Virus record (IMG/VR): IMGVR_UViG_648276644_000006
Source: a virus
Lineage: Duplodnaviria; Heunggongvirae; Uroviricota; Caudoviricetes
DNA length: 25,376 bases
Strand: one strand, 5' to 3'
The notes under the pieces are model-generated. The model saw only the letters and a program-made list of their open reading frames with translations, was not told where the DNA came from and made no database searches. Below are positions 1 to 8,746 of the stretch, piece after piece (the stretch's first letter is position 1; the number at the start of each line of letters is the position of its first letter). The position numbers were made by a program, and so were the translations under genes.

Positions 1-1053
1 TTACGGGGTAATGCCAACCGCTGCCGCCACTTTGTCGCCACTTGGCAGCGTTGCCAGAGGATTGAAACGGAGCGCCGTTTCCAGATGATCCGGTGCCAGA
101 TGTGCGTAACGCATAGTCATTTTTATATCGTGGTGTCCGAGAATTTTTTGTAAGGCCAGAATGTTTCCACCCGACATCATGAAGTGCGCCGCAAACGTAT
201 GGCGCAGAACGTGTGTGAGTTGACCGCGAGGGAGCACGATAGACGTTTTTTCCATCACGGATAAAAATTGAAAATAGCAGTCTGTGAAGAAATTGAACCC
301 ATCAAGCGCCATGATCTCTTCGTAAAGCTCTTTACTGATAGGGATGCTTCTGTTTTTCTTCCCCTTCGTTCTGACAAAGGTAATTCGGTATTTGGTCACC
401 TGTGAGCGAGTAAGATTTACGGCTTCACGCCAGCGTGCGCCTGTGCTTAAGCATATCTTAACTACCAGTGCCAGAATTGGGTCCTGACGTTTGCAATCAG
501 CCAGCAATTCAACAATCTGCTCATGGGTAAGCCATGCCATCTCTTTTTCTGCGATGGTGAATTTTCGCATGTTCTCCAGTGGGTTCGGATACGACCATTC
601 GCCCAGACGGGATAGTTCGCTAAAAACACTACTTAGATAGCTTTGCTCCAGGTTAATGGTGACCGGGCTTGCTCCTTTCTTCCATTTCTCGCTGAAGTAG
701 ATCTCGCCTGTCAGGCGTTTATCTCGATAGTGGGCAAACATTTTAGAGGTGAGATCGGTTGCAAGAGGATTGCCCAGAGCGTCAACCATCAACAGCAATT
801 TGTCATAGACATGCTGCCCAGCTGTCAGAGATTTACCATGTAGTTTGAACCATAGTTCAACCACGTCTTTCAGTGTTCGACGATCCACTGATTCACCCAG
901 CCAGGGCTTTGCTTCGGTTTCTTCCATCGTGTGACGCTCAAAAGCCAGAGCTTCGCCTTTGGTGGCGAATTGTTTACGCACACGACGTCCACTACGTCCG
1001 GCGGGGTAACATTCGCAAAGCCATTTTCCTGTGGTGAGTTTTCGTACTGCCAT
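1..1053 (-). CDS. int: Phage tyrosine integrase (P2/186 family), 350 aa, complete; stop codon at window bases 1-3
   Basis: Translation carries the conserved tyrosine-recombinase C-terminal region (CLSTGARWREA ... LRHTFAAHFMMSGGNILALQKILGHHDIKMTMRYAHLAP) and sits next to a leftward repressor gene as in P2-like prophages. Confidence 0.9.
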   Translation of the reverse strand: MAVRKLTTGKWLCECYPAGRSGRRVRKQFATKGEALAFERHTMEETEAKPWLGESVDRRTLKDVVELWFKLHGKSLTAGQHVYDKLLLMVDALGNPLATDLTSKMFAHYRDKRLTGEIYFSEKWKKGASPVTINLEQSYLSSVFSELSRLGEWSYPNPLENMRKFTIAEKEMAWLTHEQIVELLADCKRQDPILALVVKICLSTGARWREAVNLTRSQVTKYRITFVRTKGKKNRSIPISKELYEEIMALDGFNFFTDCYFQFLSVMEKTSIVLPRGQLTHVLRHTFAAHFMMSGGNILALQKILGHHDIKMTMRYAHLAPDHLETALRFNPLATLPSGDKVAAAVGITP

Positions 1054-1058
1054 AAAAA

Positions 1059-1078
1059 AGCCCTCATATCAGAGGGCT
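1059..1078 (-). terminator. Putative intrinsic terminator for the minus-strand cargo gene, immediately upstream of the int start codon
   Basis: Inverted repeat agccctc / gagggct (7-bp stem, 6-nt loop) at 1059-1078; on the minus strand it is followed by a T6 run (plus-strand A6 at 1054-1059) and then the int ATG. Confidence 0.4.
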
Positions 1079-1136
1079 AAATTTAACTGTATATACAACC
1101 AGTAATCAATGTGTGATTACTATGAAACATACATTG

Positions 1137-2813
1137 CTAAGCAACATGCAGTTCATCGTTGGCGGAAGTTGCTGCTTTGCGCTCTTGCTCAATCGCCAGT
1201 GACTCTCTATATTCTTTCGCTTCCGCAAACATTGTCCATTGTGCGTTGATGTTCATATCTTCAATAACAGACTTAATTTCTTTAATATTTACGTTGAAAA
1301 ACTCTTTTCGTGAGTTAATTTTATTGACCTGTTTTTCGTTGAAGACTTTATGCAGATGATTTTCTAATGATGGTGCATCATCACTATAAATCATCGCATG
1401 AACATCGAACGAAAAAGGAACACTAGCATCACCGAGTTCACGAACACGATCAAGTGGTTCAAGGCGGCGTGTCATTCCAATTTTATATACATCTTCGCCA
1501 AATGAGCCAATATTACTAATTATATAAACGTGGCCTGATCTAGTTTGTTGAGCCATAGAAATAGCTCGTTGGTTTTTAGCTTCAGCTTCTTCATATTTTA
1601 ACTGTAGTTCAGCTATTTTTTGCTCTAAAGCTAAGCGTTGTTCTTCATTTGCAAGCATAAGCTCTTTTGTTGCTTTATTTATAGCTTGCTGAATAGCTTT
1701 CTCTTCTTTTTCAGCTTCTTTTATCGCTTTTTCATACTCCCTACGAGCTCTTTCCTCTTCACGAAGTTGTTCTTTAATCCTTCTTTGCTCTTCTTTTTCT
1801 TCGAGCATAATTTCATTAACTGCAACTCCCCATTTTAGCTCGTTGAGTCGAGCTTGAAGATAGATGTCACTTATTTTTGCGGACCTAAAGGCAGAACCAT
1901 TGTAATTTACAAGTTGAAACGCATCTTTTATCTCTTGGGAAAGTTTTCCAAAATTGTTGTGTTTGACTTTTGATAAAATACTGTCAACTCTTCCATTGAA
2001 GGCATCTAAAACAAAGTTGATAGCAGTATTACGCCTGTTTTGTTCAACATAATCACACGAAGCAGCTTTATTAGTTTTTATTAATGATTTTGTTAACTCC
2101 CTGGCTTTTTGTAATTCCTTACCTGCATCTGTAAACTCATAATTTTCTGCCAATTCATCGAGAACGCTACGGTTAGGGATGATCCATTCATCACCATAAC
2201 CTTCAATTTTATTTTTCATTGATTTGGCAACTGCTTCATATTTTTCTGCAAACTCTTTAGCTTCATATGCTGAACCAGCAATCTCTTTTGCTCTTTCTTC
2301 TGCATCGGAAATAATTTTCACTGCATTGTCATTAGCATTTGAGATCAGCTCATTTGCTTTACTATTGGCATTATCAAGACGTTCTTTAGCTTTCAGGCGT
2401 GCATCGCGAGCGTCTTTAGTAATTGCTATAGCTTCGCTATTAGCGTTGCTTATTTTTATCTGAGCTTGATAATTTGCTTCGTTTACTGTCTTAGCAGCCT
2501 TTATTTGGGCTTCTTCTATTTTTTGCTTGGCTATTGAGTCTGCATTTTTTATCTTATTCTCTGCTTCCATCACTGCGCTGTGCAATTCTACGTATTGCCA
2601 TAATGGCGCAGCTCGTCCTTCAAGCTCTGATAGATCTCGTACAGTCTGTGCTAATTCTTCTTGATTTTCTTTCAGTTGGTTGGAAAGGGCTATGTTGTTA
2701 GCTGTCAAGGTATTTATAGCCGCTTTATATTTTTTGCTTTGCTTAAATAATATTACAGCTAGAATGGGGGCGAGAAATGCTAATAAGAATATAACGATGG
2801 AAAATGAATTCAT
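1137..2813 (-). CDS. Cargo protein, 558 aa: N-terminal transmembrane anchor, long coiled-coil/low-complexity region, C-terminal T5orf172 (GIY-YIG-like nuclease superfamily) domain; DUF4041-like architecture; candidate superinfection-exclusion/defence protein
   Basis: Hydrophobic N-terminus MNSFSIVIFLLAFLAPILAVILF; Ala/Lys/Glu/Asn-rich heptad-like repeats; C-terminal motif GHVYIISNIGSFGEDVYKIGMTRRLEPLDRVRELGDASVPFSFDVHAMIYSDDAPSLENHLHKVFNEKQVNKINSRKEFFNV typical of T5orf172/MUG113 domains. Gene is strongly AT-rich by eye and starts 20 bp after the cI stop, with an AAGGA Shine-Dalgarno upstream. Confidence 0.75.
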   Translation of the reverse strand: MNSFSIVIFLLAFLAPILAVILFKQSKKYKAAINTLTANNIALSNQLKENQEELAQTVRDLSELEGRAAPLWQYVELHSAVMEAENKIKNADSIAKQKIEEAQIKAAKTVNEANYQAQIKISNANSEAIAITKDARDARLKAKERLDNANSKANELISNANDNAVKIISDAEERAKEIAGSAYEAKEFAEKYEAVAKSMKNKIEGYGDEWIIPNRSVLDELAENYEFTDAGKELQKARELTKSLIKTNKAASCDYVEQNRRNTAINFVLDAFNGRVDSILSKVKHNNFGKLSQEIKDAFQLVNYNGSAFRSAKISDIYLQARLNELKWGVAVNEIMLEEKEEQRRIKEQLREEERARREYEKAIKEAEKEEKAIQQAINKATKELMLANEEQRLALEQKIAELQLKYEEAEAKNQRAISMAQQTRSGHVYIISNIGSFGEDVYKIGMTRRLEPLDRVRELGDASVPFSFDVHAMIYSDDAPSLENHLHKVFNEKQVNKINSRKEFFNVNIKEIKSVIEDMNINAQWTMFAEAKEYRESLAIEQERKAATSANDELHVA

Positions 2814-2833
2814 TTTTAAATCCTTTTACTATA

Positions 2834-3430
2834 TTAATTTGAAACTATTGTACTTCTTATACAAGCAACTACTTCAATATCAGAAAATGCACATTCAAAG
2901 CTATTCTCTGTACTTGTAATTTTAATCATACCTTTTGGAAGCTTTGTGATTTTTCGAATGGAATAGGTTCCGTCGATGTTGATTAACCAGTGCCCATCAA
3001 GTACTTCAGAAAATTTTTGATCACAAATGTATGTGACGAGCCCATCCTGAATAACAATTGGTGATGAAAGATTTGCAGGAAGAAATGATGAATCGAAGAC
3101 ATATGAACCATCTTCAATCATTTTGCCTGCGGTAAGGCGAAACTTGGCAAGCTCTTCTGTAGCTGCTGTCAGCGAGCTTTGCTTAAGGCCTTGCCCGGTG
3201 GTTAACCATTTCAGTGAGGTTCCTGTTTCAAGAGCACATTGGATTATCCAGTCTGCAGGAAACGTATCCCGCAAATACCTGTTCGCCAGAGTGCTTTTTG
3301 ATACTTCCAAGTGATCAGCTAAAGCCTGTCGTGTCGTAAAGCCATAAGCTTCGACTAATCGCTCAATCGCAGCCTTACCACCTTTATTGGGATTTATTTT
3401 GATCTCATTTGGGTACTTTGATGTTGACAT
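2834..3430 (-). CDS. cI: Phage CI repressor, 186-type (HTH N-terminal domain plus C-terminal oligomerisation domain), 198 aa
   Basis: ERLVEAYGFTTRQALADHLEVSKSTLANRYLRD ... CALETGTSLKWLTTGQG matches the 186 CI-type HTH domain family; leftward orientation next to int; divergent from the early operon. Confidence 0.85.
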   Translation of the reverse strand: MSTSKYPNEIKINPNKGGKAAIERLVEAYGFTTRQALADHLEVSKSTLANRYLRDTFPADWIIQCALETGTSLKWLTTGQGLKQSSLTAATEELAKFRLTAGKMIEDGSYVFDSSFLPANLSSPIVIQDGLVTYICDQKFSEVLDGHWLINIDGTYSIRKITKLPKGMIKITSTENSFECAFSDIEVVACIRSTIVSN

Positions 3431-3477
3431 ATCTCTTTTGCGATCCTAGTATCAATTTTGTCCCCATTTGGGTACTT
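3406..3477. promoter_or_regulatory. Lysogeny switch region: two identical 13-mers catttgggtactt (3406-3418 and 3465-3477) flanking a promoter-like element; candidate CI operator sites
   Basis: Exact 13-bp direct repeat 59 bp apart, one copy inside the first codons of cI and one just downstream of the predicted pR -10; a degenerate third copy (cattttgggata) lies at 3751-3762 between the Apl-like and CII-like genes. Confidence 0.4.
3424..3452 (+). promoter_or_regulatory. Putative early rightward promoter (pR-like): -35 TTGACA (3424-3429), 17-bp spacer, -10 TAGTAT (3447-3452)
   Basis: Perfect -35 hexamer with 17-bp spacing to a 4/6 -10 hexamer, about 70 bp upstream of the Apl-like start codon; the -35 overlaps the cI start codon on the other strand. 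Confidence 0.45.
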
Positions 3478-3525
3478 GTCACGATTACTACAGGCTCACC
3501 ACAAGCCAATAGGAGATGTTGCATC

Positions 3526-3747
3526 ATGACCCCTAACATTTCAATAACTCTGAATACGCCACATGTCACAATTGAGCGTTATAGCGAACTTACTGGTCTT
3601 TCTATCGACACCATCAACGATATGCTGGCTGATGGTCGCATCCCTCGCCATCGCCTTCGGAAAGACAAGAAAAGAGAAAAGGTAATGATCAACCTTGCTG
3701 CTCTTACCGTTGATGCACTTACTGATTGCAATGTTGTATTCAACTAG
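3526..3747 (+). CDS. Apl/Cox-like excisionase and switch regulator (small HTH protein), about 73 aa
   Basis: First gene of the rightward operon facing cI; AGGAGA Shine-Dalgarno 9 bp upstream of ATG 3526; small basic protein ([12 protein letters not shown]). Start chosen inside the longer ORF 3409-3747. Confidence 0.55.
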   Translation: MTPNISITLNTPHVTIERYSELTGLSIDTINDMLADGRIPRHRLRKDKKREKVMINLAALTVDALTDCNVVFN

Positions 3748-3779
3748 TTCCATTTTGGGATACATCAGGGGTGTCGACT

Positions 3780-4289
3780 ATGTTTGATTACCAAGTTTCC
3801 AAACATCCACATTTTGACGAAGCCTGTCGTGCATTCGCACTGCGCCACAACCTGGTGCAACTGGCAGAACGTGCAGGCATGAATGTACAGATTCTGCGGA
3901 ACAAGCTGAACCCAGCTCAACCTCATTTATTAACCGCACCAGAAATCTGGTTGCTTACCGATCTGACTGAAGATTCAACGCTGGTAGATGGCTTTCTGGC
4001 ACAGATTCACTGCCTGCCATGTGTACCGATTAATGAGGTGGCAAAAGAGAAACTGCCGCATTATGTCATGAGTGCAACCGCAGAGATCGGGCGTGTTGCT
4101 GCAGGTGCGGTATCCGGCGATGTAAAAACCAGTGCAGGTCGTCGTGATGCTATCAGCAGCATTAACTCTGTAACACGGCTGATGGCGCTGGCCGCTGTTT
4201 CATTGCAGGCCCGTTTACAGGCTAATCCTGCGATGGCGAGTGCAGTTGATACCGTTACTGGCCTCGGTGCTTCATTCGGTTTGCTGTGA
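3780..4289 (+). CDS. cII: CII-like transcriptional activator of lysogeny (186 CII family), 169 aa
   Basis: [45 protein letters not shown] ... [27 protein letters not shown] resembles 186 CII as I recall it; the length from ATG 3780 equals the 169 aa of 186 CII; position after the apl-like gene. Confidence 0.7.
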   Translation: MFDYQVSKHPHFDEACRAFALRHNLVQLAERAGMNVQILRNKLNPAQPHLLTAPEIWLLTDLTEDSTLVDGFLAQIHCLPCVPINEVAKEKLPHYVMSATAEIGRVAAGAVSGDVKTSAGRRDAISSINSVTRLMALAAVSLQARLQANPAMASAVDTVTGLGASFGLL

Positions 4290-4296
4290 GGTGCTT

Positions 4297-4497
4297 ATGC
4301 TGACGAAAGAACCATCATTTGCATCGCTGCTGGTAAAACAAAGCCCGGCAATGCACTACGGTCACGGCTGGATCATGGGGGAGGATGGTAAACGCTGGCA
4401 TCCGTGCCGTTCACAGGATGAATTGCTGGCAGAACTATCTACGAAAAAACGGGGGAACAAATGGCTATTGAAGGCGCTGCGGCAACTGTTCCATTAA
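4297..4497 (+). CDS. Hypothetical early-operon protein, 66 aa
   Basis: ORF with GAGGTG Shine-Dalgarno-like sequence before ATG 4297; overlaps the next gene by 37 nt. No recognisable domain. Confidence 0.4.
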   Translation: MLTKEPSFASLLVKQSPAMHYGHGWIMGEDGKRWHPCRSQDELLAELSTKKRGNKWLLKALRQLFH

Positions 4498-4802
4498 GCC
4501 CCGGTGAACGCCTGAATGGACTTAATCACATTGCGGAGTTAAGGGCGAAAGTTTTTGGCCTGAATATTGAGTCAGAGCTTGAGCGGTTTATTAAAGATAT
4601 GCGTGATCCACGGGATATCAATAATGAACAAAATAAACGAGCACTGGCTGCCATATTCTTTATGGCAAAAATTCCAGCTGAACGTCATAGCATCAGCATT
4701 AATGAGCTGACCACTGACGAAAAGCGGGAGCTGATTAAAGCAATGAATCATTTTCGTGCAGTGGTGAGCTTATTTCCCAGACGGCTAACCATGCCGAATT
4801 AA
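4461..4802 (+). CDS. Hypothetical early-operon protein, 113 aa
   Basis: ORF with GGGGGA Shine-Dalgarno-like sequence upstream of ATG 4461; backbone-like composition. Confidence 0.55.
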   Translation: MAIEGAAATVPLSPGERLNGLNHIAELRAKVFGLNIESELERFIKDMRDPRDINNEQNKRALAAIFFMAKIPAERHSISINELTTDEKRELIKAMNHFRAVVSLFPRRLTMPN

Positions 4803-4869
4803 CCAACTAATGAAATTAATGGCGTAAACCCGCCGGGCATCCCTTTATCTAAATTCAGGAGAATTGATT

Positions 4870-5103
4870 ATGCGTAATATTGAAACCCTCACGACTAAAA
4901 CCGGACCGGATGACGCAGGGCTTAATATTTTACTGACAGAGGCTCGTCTGGAAGAACGCCGGGCAAGGGCTGAAGCAATGGCAGCTCGCCTTGATAGCCT
5001 GGCGTGTCATATATCATCCCGTCAGCTAAACCACGTGGAAGCGGCAGAACTGCTGCGTGTGACTGCTGAAGCAATCCAGAACGAAGCGCAGGAGATCCAC
5101 TAA
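4870..5103 (+). CDS. Hypothetical early-operon protein, 77 aa
   Basis: AGGAG Shine-Dalgarno 8 nt upstream of ATG 4870; stop overlaps the next start (TAATG). Confidence 0.55.
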   Translation: MRNIETLTTKTGPDDAGLNILLTEARLEERRARAEAMAARLDSLACHISSRQLNHVEAAELLRVTAEAIQNEAQEIH

Positions 5104-5330
5104 TGGCTGATGCAATGGATCTCGTACAGCAGCGCGTTGAAGAAGAACGCCAGCGCCATATCCGTGCTGCCCGTGCCAAAACGCCGGGCGTGTCCCGCGT
5201 GCTTTGCGTTGAGTGTGAAGCGCCAATTCCGCCAGCACGCCGCCGTGCCATTCCGGGTGTGCAGCTTTGCATTACATGTCAGGAAATCGCAGAGCTGAAA
5301 GGCAAACATTACAACGGAGGTGCTGTATGA
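5103..5330 (+). CDS. TraR/DksA-family C4 zinc-finger protein, 75 aa
   Basis: CVEC-x17-CITC four-cysteine spacing characteristic of the DksA/TraR zinc finger; translationally coupled to flanking genes. Confidence 0.75.
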   Translation: MADAMDLVQQRVEEERQRHIRAARAKTPGVSRVLCVECEAPIPPARRRAIPGVQLCITCQEIAELKGKHYNGGAV

Positions 5331-6184
5331 GCACCATCTTGAAATGGGCGGGAAATAAAACCGCCGTAATGTCCGAACTGAAAAAACATCTTCCTGCTGG
5401 TCCGCGACTAGTTGAACCTTTCGCGGGTTCCTGTGCTGTGATGATGGAGACGGATTATCCCTGCTATCTGGTTGCGGATATTAATCCTGATTTAATCAAC
5501 CTCTATAAAAAGGTTGCCGCTGATTGTGAATCGTTTATATCTCGCGCCAAAGTTTTATTTGAGATCGCAAACAGGGAGGTGGCTTATTACAACATAAGGC
5601 AGGAGTTTAATTACTCAACTGAAATTACTGATTTCATGAAAGCGGTATATTTCCTGTATCTCAATCGTCACGGTTACCGTGGGTTATGTCGCTATAACAA
5701 GAGCGGGCATTTCAACATTCCCTACGGTAATTATAAAAATCCGTATTTCCCTGAAAAAGAAATTCGCGCTTTTGCAGAAAAAGCCCAGCGAGCAACGTTT
5801 ATCTGCGCCAGCTTTGATGAAACGCTGGCGATGTTGAAGGCGGGGGATGTGGTGTATTGCGATCCGCCTTATGACGGTACGTTTTCCGGCTATCACGCTG
5901 ACGGCTTTACTGAAGATGACCAGTATCACCTGGCATCCGTTCTTGAACATCGGTCATCAGAAGGACATCCGGTCATTGTTTCTAACAGTGACACATCCCT
6001 GATCCGTTCGCTGTATCGCAATTTTACTCACCACTATATCAAGGTAAAACGCAGCATCGGCGTAGCAGCTGGTGAGAGTAAATCAGCAAAAGAAATCATT
6101 GCTGTTTCCGGGCCGCGCTGCTGGGTGGGATTTGATTATTCGCGTGGCGTGGATAGTTCTGCCGTGTACGGAGTACGTGCATGA
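5327..6184 (+). CDS. dam: Orphan DNA adenine (N6) methyltransferase, Dam family, 285 aa
   Basis: N-terminal SAM-binding region (LKWAGNK ... [10 protein letters not shown]) and the catalytic DPPY motif (VYCDPPYDG) line up with E. coli Dam; no adjacent restriction endonuclease gene; GGAGG Shine-Dalgarno before ATG 5327. Confidence 0.9.
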   Translation: MSTILKWAGNKTAVMSELKKHLPAGPRLVEPFAGSCAVMMETDYPCYLVADINPDLINLYKKVAADCESFISRAKVLFEIANREVAYYNIRQEFNYSTEITDFMKAVYFLYLNRHGYRGLCRYNKSGHFNIPYGNYKNPYFPEKEIRAFAEKAQRATFICASFDETLAMLKAGDVVYCDPPYDGTFSGYHADGFTEDDQYHLASVLEHRSSEGHPVIVSNSDTSLIRSLYRNFTHHYIKVKRSIGVAAGESKSAKEIIAVSGPRCWVGFDYSRGVDSSAVYGVRA

Positions 6185-8034
6185 GCCATGCCGATATGAG
6201 CAACTGCTGCGGCTTTAACGAGGCTGCCGCATCGTTCTCATGGAACAGCCCGAAAAAGGCCATTAACCCTTATCTGGACCCGGCGGAAGTTGCGCCGGTT
6301 TCTGCGCTTTCAAACCTGATCACTCTGTACGCTGCCGATAACGAGCAGGAACAACTGCGCCGCGAGGCACTGAGTGATCAGGTCTGGGAGCGTTATTTCT
6401 TTAATGAATCCCGTGATCCTGTCCAACGCGAAATAGAGCAGGATAAGCTCATTAGCCGGGCAAAGTTGGCGCATGAGCAGCAGCGTTTTAACCCGGACAT
6501 GGTCATTCTGGCAGACGTCAGCGCCCAGCCCTCCCATATCAGCAAGCCGCTGATGCAACGTATTGAATACTTCAGCAGCCTGGGCAGGCCAAAGGCTTAT
6601 TCCCGCTATTTACGTGAGACGATTAAGCCATGTCTGGAACGACTGGAGCATGTACGCGACAGCCAGCTATCTGCATCTTTTCGTTTTATGGCAAGCCATG
6701 TAGGGCTGGACGGCCTGCTGATTCTGCCTGAAATGAGTCAGGATCAGGTGAAACGCCTGTCTACCCTTGTCGCTGCGCATATGAGCATGTGCCTTGATGC
6801 AGCTTGTGGTGATTTGTATGCCACCGATGACGTTAAGCCAGAAGAAATCCGCAAGACATGGGAAAAGGTGGCAGCGGAAACCCTGCGTCTGGATGTCATC
6901 CCGCCTGCGTTTGAGCAACTCCGTCGGAAAAGAAACCGCCGTAAACCCGTGCCCTATGAACTCATTCCGGGTTCGCTGGCGCGTATGTTGTGCGCCGACT
7001 GGTGGTACCGGAAATTATGGAAAATGCGTTGCGAATGGCGGGAAGAGCAGTTGCGTGCTGTCTGCCTGGTCAGCAAAAAAGCATCTCCCTATGTCAGCTA
7101 TGAAGCCGTGATGCATAAACGTGAGCAGCGCCGCAAGTCACTGGAGTTTTTCCGTTCTCATGAACTGGTGAACGAAGAGGGCGACACGCTGGATATGGAA
7201 GACGTGGTAAACGCCAGCAGCAGCAACCCGGCGCACCGCCGCAATGAGATGATGGCCTGTGTTAAAGGTCTGGAGCTTATCGCGGAAATGCGCGGTGACT
7301 GCGCCGTTTTCTACACCATTACCTGTCCGTCACGTTTCCATTCCACGCTCAATAACGGCAGACCAAACCCAACCTGGACAAATGCGACGGTAAGACAAAG
7401 CAGCGATTATCTGGTCGGCATGTTTGCTGCATTTCGTAAGGCGATGCACAAAGCCGGGTTGCGCTGGTATGGCGTGCGGGTGGCTGAGCCGCATCATGAC
7501 GGTACAGTTCACTGGCACCTGTTGTGTTTCATGCGCAAAAAAGACCGCCGCGCCATTACTGCATTGTTGCGTAAGTTTGCCATCCGTGAAGACCGCGAGG
7601 AACTGGGTAATAACACTGGTCCACGCTTTAAATCTGAGCTGATAAACCCGCGCAAAGGAACGCCGACAAGCTACATCGCGAAATACATCAGTAAGAACAT
7701 TGACGGGCGTGGTCTGGCTGGCGAGATCAGCAAGGAAACGGGTAAATCCCTGCGTGATAACGCTGAATACGTTAATGCCTGGGCGTCTCTGCATCGTGTT
7801 CAGCAATTCCGCTTCTTTGGTATTCCGGGACGTCAGGCTTACCGTGAACTTCGCTTGCTGGCTGGTCAGGCGGCAAGGCAACAGGGTGACAAAAAGCAGG
7901 TGCGCCGGTACTGGATAACCCGCGTCTTGATGCCATTCTGGCTGCTGCTGATGCTGGTGTTTTGCCACCTACATCATGAAGCAGGGCGGCGTACTGGTTC
8001 CCCGCAAATATCACCTCATCAGAACCGCTTATGA
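6181..8034 (+). CDS. A: Replication initiation endonuclease A (P2 gpA / 186 A family, rolling-circle initiator), N-terminal and central part; reading frame is lost near 7895
   Basis: 617-aa ORF in the A position after dam, with the gpA-like catalytic region (HWHLLCF, tyrosine-rich YIAKYISKN segment). The last roughly 45 codons ([26 protein letters not shown]...) look like out-of-frame translation. Confidence 0.8.
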   Translation: MSHADMSNCCGFNEAAASFSWNSPKKAINPYLDPAEVAPVSALSNLITLYAADNEQEQLRREALSDQVWERYFFNESRDPVQREIEQDKLISRAKLAHEQQRFNPDMVILADVSAQPSHISKPLMQRIEYFSSLGRPKAYSRYLRETIKPCLERLEHVRDSQLSASFRFMASHVGLDGLLILPEMSQDQVKRLSTLVAAHMSMCLDAACGDLYATDDVKPEEIRKTWEKVAAETLRLDVIPPAFEQLRRKRNRRKPVPYELIPGSLARMLCADWWYRKLWKMRCEWREEQLRAVCLVSKKASPYVSYEAVMHKREQRRKSLEFFRSHELVNEEGDTLDMEDVVNASSSNPAHRRNEMMACVKGLELIAEMRGDCAVFYTITCPSRFHSTLNNGRPNPTWTNATVRQSSDYLVGMFAAFRKAMHKAGLRWYGVRVAEPHHDGTVHWHLLCFMRKKDRRAITALLRKFAIREDREELGNNTGPRFKSELINPRKGTPTSYIAKYISKNIDGRGLAGEISKETGKSLRDNAEYVNAWASLHRVQQFRFFGIPGRQAYRELRLLAGQAARQQGDKKQVRRYWITRVLMPFWLLLMLVFCHLHHEAGRRTGSPQISPHQNRL

Positions 8035-8593
8035 AATCAACGAAGAGCCAACCGCCTATGGCGATCACGGTATTCGTATTTATGGCATCTGGTCACCCAT
8101 TGCAGAGGGCAAGATCTGCACTCATGCAGTGAAGTGGAAAATGGTTCGTAAGGCCGTTGACGTTCAGGAGGCGGCAGCCGACCAGGGCGCTTGCGCCCCT
8201 TGGACTCGTGGCAATAACTGTCCCCTTGCTGAAAATTTGAACCAACAGGAGAAAGATAAATCAGCTGATGGGGACCCCAGAACGGACATTACCAGCATGG
8301 ATGACAAGGAGTTGCACGATTACCTGCACAGTATGAGCAAAAAAGAGCGCCGGGAACTGGCAGCAAGGTTACGCCTGGTGAAACCGAAACGGCGTAAAGA
8401 CTACAAACAGCGAATTACAGACCATCAGCGACTGCAGCTCGTGTATGAGCTGAAGTCCAGAGGATTTGATGGCAGCGAGAAAGAGGTTGATTTACTCCTT
8501 CGCGGAGGCAGTATTCCGTCAGGAGCAGGCCTGCGTATCTTCTATCGGAACCAGCGTTTGCAGGAAGATGATCAGTGGCGGAACCTGTATTAA
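7976..8593 (+). CDS. A: C-terminal portion of replication protein A, encoded in a different frame from the upstream A ORF (frameshifted gene or sequencing error)
   Basis: 205-aa ORF overlapping the end of the 6181-8034 ORF in another frame; combined length of the two pieces is in the range of intact A proteins; the third frame across 7890-7976 is also open and protein-like. Confidence 0.6.
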   Translation: MKQGGVLVPRKYHLIRTAYEINEEPTAYGDHGIRIYGIWSPIAEGKICTHAVKWKMVRKAVDVQEAAADQGACAPWTRGNNCPLAENLNQQEKDKSADGDPRTDITSMDDKELHDYLHSMSKKERRELAARLRLVKPKRRKDYKQRITDHQRLQLVYELKSRGFDGSEKEVDLLLRGGSIPSGAGLRIFYRNQRLQEDDQWRNLY

Positions 8594-8685
8594 TTACGCG
8601 GGTTAACAATTCGTGCTCTTAATAATACCAGGCATATCAGGCTGATGAACGTAAAAAAACGTTTTACATCAGTAAGATTATTATA

Positions 8686-8705
8686 TACTGTAAATATAAA
8701 CAGTG
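8686..8705 (+). promoter_or_regulatory. LexA (SOS) box overlapping an AT-rich promoter-like region
   Basis: TACTGTAAATATAAACAGTG matches the CTGT-N8-ACAG SOS box consensus with the AT-rich centre; lies about 45 bp upstream of the small ORF and DinI-like gene. Confidence 0.6.
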
Positions 8706-8746
8706 GTTATGGATACAGTATTGCGTGTGGTGTCATAGGAGGAAAG

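Noticed and set aside
1-60. Attachment site (attL) core or tRNA target at the left edge
   Set aside because: The window begins exactly at the int stop codon; any att core or host tRNA would lie outside the window, so nothing can be called.
643-1067. ORFs 643-843 (+) and 870-1067 (-) overlapping the integrase gene
   Set aside because: They are embedded in or overlap the well-supported int coding sequence in other frames; no support as genes.
1638-2463. Plus-strand ORFs 1638-1838 and 2224-2463 with Phe/Leu/Ser-rich translations
   Set aside because: These are the antisense reading of the Ala/Lys/Glu-rich coiled-coil region of the minus-strand cargo gene; the low-complexity composition is an artefact.
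7890-7980. Programmed ribosomal frameshifting as an explanation for the split A gene
   Set aside because: Two separate frame changes would be needed within about 70 nt and there is no slippery heptamer or pseudoknot context; simple single-base indels at A5 and T4 homopolymers explain it more economically.
8645-8746. Longer 96-aa version of the SOS-regulated small ORF, starting at ATG 8645
   Set aside because: That start lies upstream of the LexA box and promoter-like region, whereas ATG 8747 has a strong AGGAGGA Shine-Dalgarno downstream of the operator, so the shorter form is preferred.
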